The position numbers were made by a program, and so were the translations under genes. This document shows, piece by piece, positions 24,101-36,600 of a DNA stretch of 64,000 nucleotides (the first letter of the stretch is position 1; each line of letters begins with the position of its first letter). The notes under the pieces were generated by a model. It was not told the origin of the DNA, did not search any database, and worked only from the letters and a program-made list of their open reading frames with translations. The stretch comes from Intoshia linei. Taxonomy: Eukaryota; Animalia; Orthonectida. The stretch is taken from NCBI GenBank assembly GCA_001642005.1, contig LWCA01000012.1:27159-91158 (forward strand), in the 5' to 3' direction.

Positions 24101-27100
24101 AGCGTTCCGGTAATATAAAGATAAAGGCTAAGAGATGTTCTGATTTTTCTCGATTGGAGAAAAGCCTTGAAAAACTAATACGAGTTCCAAACATTAAATC
24201 CATTATTGGAAGATACCTTGCGGTGATATGACCTCGTTGTTATAGAATGCTCCATATCAAGAATGGTATGGGACATTGTACATCTCACATTGAAAACTTA
24301 CAAGCTCCTCATCCTTCAAAAAATGTGCTGGTACCTAAAAATTTCGATTTTCGGACGGTCACTGACAGTTATTTTGAAAGTGACGTCTTCGTGGATGAGT
24401 CATATGATGAGCCAATTATTAAAAAGGTGACAGGAGTTTCATCTTGTATTTTGCCACAAAGGTGTAATTGTTGCTTATGCTTTTTGAAAAGACACGCTTA
24501 TACTTTAATTCCTTCTTTAAATGTAGCCATGACAAATGAGATCGCCGATTCATCGAGTCCAAGTGTTACGAAATAAAGCGTCACTTGAGTACATTGACGA
24601 TGAGTTAGTTACAAATACCATAGATATAATTAATAAACATTAGCTCAAATTGCAAAAGGGTATTATTTAAATGTAAAAGTGGGCCTGTGTTTTTGTCATT
24701 ATATGTGAAACAAAAATTATGGTGTTAATTTAGAAGGCATTTCTCATGTCATACGGGGGTGTATTTTATTAATTTTTAAAATTCGATAAAAAAGTTAACA
24801 CTCTACGTGTACACTGTACAGTTCTTATCATTATATGTATATTATGGGATTCACAGCCAGTCCTTTTGGCCAAAAATCTTCCTAACATTACAAACATACA
24901 CAAAATATGTCATATCTGTCTGCATAACAACCTTAATGTTGTGTAATATAAAATTGAGATCATTGATTGGTTCCGACTTTATTTGCTCTATATTTGATTT
25001 ACACCGCATATACAGTGCAAGAGGGCCAAAGAGTTAATTGTATTTGTGGCTAGTAAAATGTAAAAAGTATATACCTTGAAGCGTATGCCATCGGCAAAGC
25101 TATCTACTAGTTATACAAAGTACATAACAGACAAGCTAGTTAAATTTAACATAAAACGATGAATATATTCAAAAGCTAAATTTTAGATAAGTATAATTGT
25201 TATAATTATAATTTAATGATATAGAGTGGCGTATTAGTAGGAATAATACGTGGCTGTGACTGTCCAATTTTAATTAAGACTGTAAAAGAAAAACTAAGCG
25301 ACGAAATGCGAGTTATGGACGGAGTATTTGATAGAATCGCAGTAATAATAAAAAAATTTAAACTATTTAAAAAAATACTCATTTGAATTTAATGGTCAGT
25401 AACTTACAAATAATGTGAATATATATTTTCGGTTTTATGGTTCAAAAAATCCTCATAAATAATATAAATCGGGTGAAAATAATATGACCTTCCCTATTAA
25501 TCACTAATTTTTAATGTATAATCCATAACATAAGATATTTTTTCAAAATTAAAATTTTAACCTCCCTAACTTTTAATAACTTGTAAAACAGGCTGCGCCA
25601 ATCAACTACTAATATAAATCTAATGTTTGCATTGCTGATATAATATTATATATATTTAGGTTAAAGACCCTGAAGTTGATATATCATTCAGTGATATGGG
25701 TATATTCAATTCACTTTTAATTAAATTGTCAACTTTAGATAACACAATATGCACTGACGGAGAAATTATCATCTTAGATCCGATTTCTAATCTATTATTG
25801 ACAGGTTTAATTAAAATTTAATTAATATAACAGTATATGGCGTTATGTACCTTGTAATGTGTTATGAATGAATGTGCCCACGCTACAATTGTGATCAGGG
25901 ATTGGAACCGATTATTTTAATCATCACAGCAATTTCTGTTGCATTTAAGTTTTCTGGGTATAAGTAATAAATACAAGTACAGTATTCTTTTTCTAATATG
26001 CTTTTTGTTTGGCGTCTCAACTTGGGACTTATGAACAGCGGTTCTCAACATACTTCACAGTTGGTACCCTTAAACTAAAAAAAATATAATTTGGTACCCC
26101 ATATTAATTTCTATTTATATTAACTATGATACTATGTGAATTAAAAAAAATCAAATAAAATAAATAGTTAAATTCTACTTCATCAAAAAGAAATACATAA
26201 ATGTATTATGAAATTTTAAAAATATTTATAATTTATGAATCATAAAGTGTGAGTCATAGGATGAGACGAACTGGTACCCCAAAATAATTTATGGTACCCT
26301 TAGGGAGTACCAGTACCCCATTTGAGAACCGCTGCTTTAGAAATATTAGAGAATATTAGAATATGAACAGTGTGCATATGCGAATTGATTAAAATGTAAA
26401 AATTTTTTTACATGGTACATAGAAGTGTCATATTGTAAAATGATGGGCAAGGCAAATTAATGGGAGAATACTGTATTACAATGATTACGTTTATTCCATT
26501 TACTCATTTCATGTTAGTCACATGTCTAAACTATTATATTTTAAACATTCTACAGAGTGTAGTCGTAACGTATTTATGCTATATTAATTAAAATTTAAGA
26601 TATATCGGATGATCCATCATCAAATGTACCTACAATAGCAATTTTGAAACCTGATGTTGTAAAGCAAGGAAAAGTTGATGAAATTTTGAATAAAGTAATT
26701 TTCTATCAATAATATAATATTTATTTTTAAATTATATTAATGGATTTAGATAATTGAAAAAAATTTTGAAATAGCTGATAGAGTAGATAAAACGTTAACC
26801 GAGGAAGAGGCACGTGAATTATATAAGAATAAATCTGAAATGGTAAATATTTAATTCAACAGTGTTTCCCAATCAGTAACTATAATCAGTATTTTCTTCA
26901 GCACGTTTAGCAATATTTAGTACACTGTAAATGTATTCATAATTAAAGTATCATATAGTGTAGCAGCTCTCTGTAGCTCACATATTATTGTATTTTAACA
27001 ATTCAAAATTTATTAGTAAATTTATTAACAACGTATTAAGAACCTACTAAATATGTTGTACCTGTGAATAGTGGTTGCTCTGGCCCGAATTGGGTATAAA

Positions 27101-30100
27101 ATAAAATATCTAATTAAACGGCATTGACTAACACAATTAATACTAACCTAACTTTTATACAATCCTACGCAATTTTTGTTTGTGTATGTGTGTCACGCTT
27201 TATTTAAATAACTACCAGTCTTTGAATTTTTTTAAAGACAGCATTTCAATTACAGTTTTTTTCGGGACGTATAATAAGATAAATTTCAACCTCCCAATTT
27301 CACATCTTAGGGTCAAAAACCCCAGTTGTTCCTCTTTTTGAAAATCAAACGAGTTGGAGAATTTAAAAAAATATATAAGTTGATGCGCATTTTAAAATCA
27401 TAAACATTATCATAAATTTAAATATAAAAAAAATTATATCTTCATGGCCAAAACCCCAAATTACCCTTCTTTTTTTAATGAAAACAGTTAGAATTTAAAA
27501 AATACAGGTGGTACAGTTGTATCCTATCAAGACAAACAAAAAATTTCAATCTGAATAAGTTACGCCTTCACGGTCAAAAAAACATTTTAGTATGCATATT
27601 TTTTTTTCTGAAATATTTTATTAAAATAAAAAATCTGAAATAATTAACGGTCCGAAAATTAAAAAAAAAAATTATTCTGATAGAGCTTATTCCAGTTGAC
27701 ATAAATACAAAATATCAATTGCAAAAAATCAACGCATTCCCAGTGAAAAATAATTTTTAATATATTATCAACCAATATTTTTCAAATATTTCGAATAAAT
27801 TGAAAATGTAAATATTGATCCTACAATTTCAAAAAAAATGTGCATTTTACGTCTATACATTTCCAATAAAGAAATATGGGTGAAAATCTATATAATTTAT
27901 TCCTTCGGAATTATTTGGATGATTTTCTCACGAATGCAGTTTTTCACGTTAAACTGAAAGTTAGCGTTGTTTATTTAAGTTTCGATGATGCCAATAAAAA
28001 CGATTGAGAGAGTTGAGAGTTAAGAGAAATGGTTGTTTGATTTTGAAACGGAAAACACTGATTATCATATTCACCGAAACGCTTTATTTCATAATTATCT
28101 ATTCAATCAATTATAAAATAATTTTCAATTTCTCAAATATTATTTATAGCCAGAGTTTGAAAAATTAATAGAATTTATGACCAGTGGACCCATTGTAGCA
28201 CTATTAATATGTCGCAAAGACAATGAAAACGCTATAGAAGAATGGAGAAAGATTTTAGGTCCTACTATAATAGAGGACGCTAAAATAGAACAACCTGATT
28301 CGTATATTTTTTTTTAATTTTTCATATCTTTCTAGACTACGCGCTCAGTACGGAACTGAAAACATTATGAATGCATTGCATGGAAGTTCCAGTATTAACG
28401 ATGCTAGATCGTAATAAATATATAACTAAAAATATCACATTTATGCATTAGTTATTAAGTGTGTCCATACGTCTAACGCACCGGTTCCCAACGTACTTCC
28501 ATTTGGCACCTACAGTGTAGGTAGTGATAGGTCCTAACTCCAACAAAAGTTTCTTACGCTGTCATATTTTATATTTAATGTAACTATGTCATCATATTTA
28601 TTAAAAAATTAAAATAAATATATGATTTTTAACCTTTACTTCACCAAAAAATAATGTATAAGACCTCTCGGCATCTCAGTACCCTCATGTGTAAAGCATT
28701 GGTATGAGGGTCCATGAAAACCCTGGCAAGAATCATTACATTAATTTTACATTTATTTCTTAAAATAATGATATTATCATATCAATACGATAATGTATAC
28801 TTTAATAGAGAGCTCGGTTTCTTTTTTCCTAAATATATTGAGAAGGCTAAAGAATTACAGAAAATGCCAGATCGAACAATTGCAATTATTCGACCTACAG
28901 CATTTAAAACATTTAAAGATGAAATATTAAAATCGATTGAAGAATCAGGGTTTACTATAGCTATTCAGAAAACAATGCTACTAACACAAGATCAACTAGA
29001 TATGCTTTATGGTCATGTAAAGGAAAAACCAGAGATTTATGACGAACTCCAAAAGGAAATGCTTAGGTAAATTGATATATTTATAGATTCTACTGTAGAC
29101 TGTGTAGAGCAGGGTCGGCAACCTTTTGCATCTCGTGGACCACGTTTTTAATAATTTACATATGATACATTTCAATTTTAATTAAAGTGAAACGGTTTCA
29201 GTATATTCAATAAAATAAAATTCGGCGATATTTGAAAATTCAGTATTAAAATGATTATAATGAGCCAATTGTAGTAGAAAATGGGTCACCAAAATTATTA
29301 AATAAATTATTCTGTGGGCAACTGTTTGCCGACTCCTAGTGTAGAGTAACTATTAGGGGTGTTTCATAATTTTATATGTTACGTTCAATGTAAGGAAAAT
29401 AAGGACTTATTCATAAATGGTCATATAAAAAAAATATATATCTTCACTTCCAAAACCACAAATGACTCTTCTTTTTTTTTTTAAAAAATGAAAAAGTGTT
29501 AGAATTTAATAAAAACACAACTACATCCAGTCAAAATCAATAAATTAAATATTTCTTAATTTCTGGGACTGCCATTTTTTAAATAAATGGTTACCACATT
29601 TTTAACAATTCTTACTTTATACATCATGTATATGCAAGGATTTTGCCAAATCGGGTATAAATTTAGTTTAGTTCATATTAGTTAATATTATTAAAATTAA
29701 TAAAATAATATAATTAGTGGAGAATCATTAGTGTTGGGACTAGCAAAAAAGGACGCAATACAAAATTGGCGTAATTTGATTGGGCCAATGGATTCCGAAT
29801 TTTGCCAAGAAAACACTGAGACAACAGATAAAAAATTACGAGAAACATTTGCAATAGAGAACAGTAAAATTAATCCCCTCCATGGAGCAGATTCTTGTGA
29901 AACGGCAGAAAAAGAATACAACATGTTTTTCAAAGAAGAAAAAACTATAGCTTTAATTAAACCTGGTCACAAAGAAGATGATGGTATACTATAATTTATA
30001 ATCATTATCAGTCGGGTCAAAGGGCTATTTCTCGATTTTTGTATATTTTTTTTTACTCACTTGAGCAATCCTAGATCACTATGTATTACTTATATCACGG

Positions 30101-33100
30101 TGGGAATGTGCAGCCTTAGTGACGATTAGGTGCAGCTTTCATTTGAAAATATGCCATATTCTCTATTTTTTAAATTAATTTACATTTTCAATTTGGCAGT
30201 TTAAAATATCAATTTAATTATTTTATATTTCAATTTTAGCCTATCATACTTTTCATATTTAAGTAAAAATATAAGTGAAAGCATCAATTTAATTTTATAT
30301 TCTAAGACGCTTATTGCATGTGGCCTTATGTTTGAAATTGGTTCCCAACCACAAATTACATAATAAAATTTCGGATCTCATTTGATAATTCACTATTTTG
30401 GAAGAAAGATTGAAAGATTTAGATTTCAAAAAAAAAAGTTAAAATCAATTTATATTACATTTTGATTGATTTTATAATTATGTATGTCAAGCACGAGTCA
30501 TAAATATTTATTTTACCAATTTATATTTTTATATCATTTTTACAAATAGGCGTACAGTGGTAATTCGATCGTAAATACAGCTAATTGCATAATAAATTTC
30601 TACAATAATTCTAATAACCAAGGCCTAATTTAATTAGCATCAATATGTTCTTTACTTGAATTAACCGTTATATATATATATATTATTAATAACAATCAAA
30701 ATTCGTTTAAAAATCGTTTTTCAATTCAATTGTTATTGTTATAATACAAAAATAATTACCTAATATGGCAGCATTTTAAATTGTCTAGAAAATCTTCAAT
30801 TTTTGGTGGCCCTAGTCTCTACCCATTTATATCTCTAAACCTATCAGCCTGTACTTTACGGTGGTGGCGGCATGAAGCGTCAAAAAAGATGAATAATATG
30901 ATCATTGATAATTTTTTTAATATTTTATTTTTTTTGTGAACGATAGTTGGAACGCCGAAATAAACTAGAAGGGAGTATAATATAATGCATTATAATGTTT
31001 GATTTAGAAATTATAAATGAAATTAAAAATTCTGGTTTCTCTATTTTGTCTTCCGAAAAGAAAGAAATTTCATTGTCGATTGCAGAAACAATATATGAAA
31101 ATTGTAAGGACAGGGATTATTATGAAGATTTGCTTTCTTATATGACCAAGTAAATTATTTTTGACATAAAGTTAACTGTAAAAATATAAATCGGTCACAT
31201 TGAGATTAAAAAATACTTTTTGTTTACGGTGTTGTTGATTAAAATGAATTTTTTTGATATGATAGGATGAAATATATAAAAATTATTACACTGTGCAATA
31301 GGGTGTTAACTTTTACAATTTCTAAAAAAAGCATATTTCAATTTTTTAGTCTAGGTTTTTTACTGTAATTTTATGCTAAACAAAATGATAAAAAAATTTA
31401 TTACTATATATTTATAAATATTAATATTGATTATTAGATTTTTTTTTAAATTATTTCCAACTACACGTAATTTAAAATGCAATTAATAAAATTAAAATGA
31501 CTAGATTTTATTATATGCTTTAGCGGTAAAACATTGGTCATGTTATTATCTAAAAATAATGCTGTAAACGATTGGAGGGAAAAGATGGGTAATGTCGATC
31601 CTAAAATTGCAAAAACTGAAAATGTTGATAGTATCCGAGCAAAATATGGCGATGATGTTTTAAAAAATGGTATTTTATGAAGCAAAATATTTAAAATATA
31701 CATCATAACTTGTGATCTACTAGTGTTGATGATTATCTACAACAGGGATGCCCAATCTGTCGATCTCAAATGATTTTCTAGTAGATCGCCAAAATTAGAA
31801 AATTAGAATTATTTTTTTATTTTAATAATATTCGTTATTAAAATGATATCTATTTTCATATTCATATATATAATTTATTTTTAATATTGTTAAAATTTGT
31901 ACACATTTCAATAAATGCGATGTAACTTGTTTAAATCGTTGTTATATATAAATTAGTCCACTATTTCTTAAATTATGTTTTGACGATAATTTTTAAATAT
32001 ACAGCGAAAGTGCTTGGAATTATTTCGAATTTTAATTTTTATGCTTTCTACAATCACACTAAAAATATTTAGTTGAACGTTTTATATTGGATTACGCTAG
32101 GCGATTTTTTTGAAATAGGTTCCGATCAGAAACATTTTTCAAGTCAATGTATTAGTCGATCGCCACTAATTGAAAAATTTTAATTTTTGCATCAAAAAAA
32201 GGTTGGGCACCCCTCATCTATAATGAGTAAATGACGTTTCCTAAACATTTTTTTGAAATGTGTAATTATTAACAGCAGTAAATAAATTTTTTTACAGTCC
32301 TTTAATGGGTTTTTCAGTCGACATAGTTTTGACCCATGTAAAAATATTTTGTTATGACTCATGACATTGCATAGAAAAAAGTAACAACCAAAATCCACCG
32401 TTACTTAGTTACTACGGTGTATATGTTTTAAAATACAGTTAGCGTGTAAAATTCAAACCGTATCGTTGAGGCCCGATAATTAGATAATTTAAATACTAAT
32501 ACACAATTATAATGATGTCAAATATAGTGGTTCACGGAAGCAGTAACCTCGACAGAGCAAAAAAAGAATTGAAATTACTACTGGGAAACACGAGTGAATT
32601 TTTAGAAAAATTTGAAAAAGACTCGTGTAATAAAATTTAATTTTATAAATCAATTAATTACTCAATATAGCCGCTCAAACTGAGGAAAAAGTAAACAACG
32701 AAGAAAACCGGGATATGGAAGATGAAAAAGTTCAAGGTGATAAAAAATCGACTGATGGTGTTGAACCTGAAGAAACCATCGAAAATTTTGAAAATGAATT
32801 AAAAACAGAAACCGATCCAGAAAAAGTAGATGATACCGATGTTGAAAACCCGGATCAAACCAATATAGACAAGGATACACAGGAAAATACAGCAGATCAA
32901 GAAGTTTTAACCAAAGACGAACAAATCGATGATACTACAGTAGAAAATACAGACGTCAAAACTGTAAACGATACGGATATTATTCAAGAAACTAAAAAAG
33001 AGCAAGACAAAAAAAATGAAGCTGATATGATTGAAGAAACAACTCCAGAAAAACAAGATGATAATGAACCTGCTATTGTTGAAAATGAAATGTCTGAAAA

Positions 33101-33554
33101 AAAGCAAGAAACTGATATCGATAAAGAAAATGAAATTACCGAGCCTGTTGAAAATAAGGACGGTACGAATTTAGAATTGGAAACAAAATCTAGTTTAAAC
33201 CAAGAAAATGTTGAAAAGGTGGAATCGAAATCACAAGACGCAAATTCTGGTACCAAAGACGTTAAAGAAGAATCAATAAAAGATCAAACTAATAATGATA
33301 ACGAATCTTTGAAAAGTGAAAAACGTTCAGTCAAATCAATAAAATCCAATAAATCTTTGAAATCAAATAAATCTGTGAAATCTACAAAGTCGAATAAAAG
33401 CAAGACATCGATGAAATCGAATAGCTCAATTAAAGAAAGAATCAAACCTGATAAATCGAGCCAAGGTAGTGTTAAAAATGTTCAAGATGAAAAGTCTGAA
33501 TCGATAAAATCCAAAAAATCAAATGTCAGCAAGAAAAAATCAAAAAAGACGTAA
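21139..33554 (+). CDS. NME8: NME8/TXNDC3-like protein: thioredoxin domain + three NDP-kinase domains + charged tail (outer-arm dynein IC1 type); 16 predicted exons
   Basis: Exons 21139-21229, 21334-21437, 22440-22511, 25225-25341, 25660-25699, 25739-25804, 26600-26694, 26750-26842, 28150-28301, 28336-28410, 28809-29066, 29718-29983, 31008-31149, 31524-31669, 32528-32626, 32671-33554. Trx: MSKRKDAVVFQTTIENTEQW..VIDVYQKWCGPV. NDK1: TIAILKPD..FMTSGP..LRAQYG..NALHGSS. NDK2: RTIAIIRP..WRNLIGP..NPLHGADS. NDK3: KTIALIKP..IRAKYG..NVVHGSS. Confidence 0.92.
25980..26473. mobile_element. Old Tigger-type MITE containing a nested hAT MITE
   Basis: Degenerate TIRs TA|CAGTATTCT..TAATATGC and GCAAATTAATGGGAGAATACTG|TA. 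Confidence 0.5.
26036..26334. mobile_element. hAT-type MITE (copy 2 of 2)
   Basis: TIR CAGCGGTTCTCAA / TTGAGAACCGCTG, flanks CTTATGAA/CTTTAGAA; collinear with 10400-10703. Confidence 0.82.
27160..27910 (+). mobile_element. Helitron-like repeat copy
   Basis: Collinear with 13820-14300 (CTACGCAATTTTTGTTTGTGTATGTG..AATAACTACCAGTC..ATTTCCAATAAAGAAATATGGGTGAAAATCTATATAATT). Confidence 0.65.
29110..29338. mobile_element. hAT-type MITE with perfect 8-bp TSD
   Basis: CAGGGTCGGCAA / TTGCCGACTCCTA termini flanked by GTGTAGAG at 29102-29109 and 29339-29346. Confidence 0.8.
31743..32215. mobile_element. hAT-type MITE
   Basis: CAGGGATGCCCAA / TTGGGCACCCCTC termini, TSD ATCTACAA/ATCTATAA, GTCGATC subterminal motifs. 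Confidence 0.75.
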
Positions 33555-33557
33555 AAC

Positions 33558-33569
33558 AATAAATTTATT
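33558..33569. terminator. Palindromic bidirectional poly(A) signal AATAAATTTATT
   Basis: AATAAA on + (33558-63) abuts AATAAA on - (33564-69) in the 53-nt gap between the NME8 and eIF3e stop codons. Confidence 0.55.
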
Positions 33570-33607
33570 ATGACTACAAAAAGTAGAGTGTATTTACATA
33601 ATACAAG

Positions 33608-36600
33608 TTAATTATATTCTCCACTTAATGACGTAACTCTATTTTTAAGTTCCAAGTACATAACTTGCGATTTAAATGCTAATAATTTTGTTTTCGAAAT
33701 TAAATTGGAATAGAATGAAGTGTCTTTGTTTCCGATAATTATAATTCCCTAAAATTTAAAAATTTTTGTTTAAGTAATTTTTTACATAATTGACAGTTCA
33801 ATACTGCAACGGGTACGGTGGGCCGAGTTAATATTTTCATATAATACTTTACTTACATAAATGTTAAATGGTATTTTTTATCAGTAGTACCGATTCGGTA
33901 CTAAAACAATAATATTTAAACGGTACGAAAAACTGATGGTCATATATGATTCGCAACCACCAAAAAATTACGGTGGGTACATTTGTTAATTAACAATATT
34001 GAACCAGCAATTTTAAACAGTAGAATACCTTTTTAGAATCAATTTTAACATTTTCTCTTTTTAATAAACTGACAACCCATCGTTCAGCATCATCCAAATC
34101 CAAATTTAACCATTCACTCAACATTCTAAGTAAAACATTAAAAATGATATTTAAGCAAAAAGTACTGCAGACTAATAATTTTATGAATTCTACTAAACAC
34201 TTCAAATAGTAATCTTCTAGCTCCATTTACAAAGTCATCATAAGCGCTCGGGAATGAATCTTCACATAAAAAGTAGTCGATTTCGAAAATCTAAAAATGT
34301 ACATACTACAATGAAACCCTAGATTTCACATAAAGGGATTTAAACCCAGCTTATAGAATATGGCTTGAATTCCCGTGCATCGGGATTCACGCCCAACGCG
34401 ATGTGTCTTAATTTACACAGTAAATAAATTGATGCTACAATAGCATAAATATGTGCTTAAAAAAAACGAACATAAATTTTACTTTAGTTTAGTTTCATAA
34501 ATTACATCCTAATAAACACTGAAATACTAGACTTAGGGGTCAGAAACAATAAATGTACAATAGTTCATAGAAAACATCAAAATCAAAATACCTTTTTACA
34601 TTCATCCAAATTTTTTCGAGCAGAATCAAAGTCAAAATCCGAAAACAAAGCCAACACAAATTCGGTAATAGGGTCTGAATAAATCTCTCTTTCCTAAATA
34701 AAAATAATCAATTAAATCTAAAAATACATCAATTATATTATAATTAAATATCTTTCAAATTACCGCTTCCAAAATTTTAACAAGATCTTTAATTGCATTG
34801 CGTTTATTGCTTGAAACAACAGTAAATGCATAATATCTAAACATATAAGGACAACAATTTTGCATAGCATTCATGTACCTAAAAATATATAAAAAATTAT
34901 CAATATTCATGAAAATAGTTAAATTTAATGATACACACTAATACTCGGCTCGGTGCGGTTACTACACTTCTCATATAACAAAACAATTCAAACTATTCAT
35001 CTTATAATATAACTAGTATACTTATACAAATAATGTAAACATTTTTCATTAATTTTATAATCTACTACTTGAATGTTATGTACTTCCCACAAATAGAAAC
35101 TAGTTGAGCTAGCTAGCTCTGCCCAAGGTATTAACAATAATAGTATATAATAATAATAAGGTATAATCAATAACCCTGGGCGATATCGTCTACTTGAAAA
35201 CCCCTGGTGTACATTATCCTAATGTATTAAAGTGTTTAGAAAAAATTTTTCTCTAAAGGGTTGGTAAAATTAGATTTTTTTCAAAATTAATTGAGACAAT
35301 GTATATTTAAAAAAATTAATCGATAAATGTATTGAAATATTGGCGAAGATACAAACCAAACAAAATTTCGAAAGATAAATTGTCTTATTATTAAAAAATT
35401 GATGGAAGAGGTATCCAAAATGGCAGCCATGGATAATTTCTCATTTAATAGAATAGCAAAAAGCGATTTTATTCACTTGGCATTATATAACTAAGAAAAG
35501 ATCCTAAATATCACCCGATGTTGTTAATGCTTTGGTGTTTTTGAAATTCTACTTTATAAACAAAAATAAATAATATAACAGTAATAATTGTAATTAATTT
35601 TTCAATTAAATTAGTTTATTATTTTTCATCGATAAAAATATTTTGATAAATTGCCAACACTAGTCATGATACTGTAAAAATCTGAGATTGGATTTAAGAT
35701 AATGTTCATGATTTTAAAAACTGTCTCCGAATGAGTTTTTGAGGTTGACAGTTATGATATCTCAATGATTTTAAAACTATATGCCTTGGTGTCGGAGATT
35801 CAAATACAATATACAAACATTTTTATCAACTTTTATTTATTTTTATAAAATTTCTCCTATTTATTATAAAGTAGCTAGAAGTTGGGATATTATCCCATAG
35901 CCTAGCCGACCGCAACATTATTATTTCAAAAATCCTACTTTTATCTCACCATTAATATAAAATACCAATTTCAACCTTCAGGAAAAAATAGATTTTTACT
36001 AATATTTTTTTGAAATCCAATTTTATCAAATAGATAAAAAATCTAATGTAAGGGCAAAATCCCCTTTTTCAAATATTTATTTTAAATAACCGATTTTACC
36101 AAATTTTATGAGCAACAACTTCTTAATCCATAACCCATTAAAAAAAATTCCAATTTTACCAAATCCTATGAGTAGCAACTTCTTAATATAAAACCCAAAA
36201 TAGAAAATCCAATTTGACCAACCTAATTTAAGTGGAAAATCAGTTTTTCCAATATTTTTTATATTTCATGCTTCTTTTGGGGTCAAAAAAAAATAAATAT
36301 TTTGAAATGAAGTCTGTATTAGTGTGTTCAACTTAGTTTTTTTAGAAACTCAGTGGTACTTTTTTCAAATTTTAATAAAAGTAATTTAAAAAATTTGATT
36401 AATTTTAAGTTTTCGTTCACACAACGTAAAAAAGCAAAAATAAAATTATTGTTACTGATTTTCGATAGAAATGAGAAATAAATGATATTTAGAGGAAGAT
36501 AATATCCGAATTTTATAAGAAAGTAATAGATAATTAAATTTGTGATTAACAAAAGATTGGTTATAAATTACTTTTTGTTGTATTTTAAAATTCAGTTTTA

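Noticed and set aside
32662-33256. Three hydrophobic minus-strand ORFs
   Set aside because: Antisense of the A-rich NME8 terminal exon; also applies to 29697-29933 and 31461-31706.
33990-34226. Apparent frameshift in eIF3e
   Set aside because: Explained by a 40-nt GT-AG intron (..ISLQ|MLSEW); the same applies to apparent breaks in NMT near 42625-42664.
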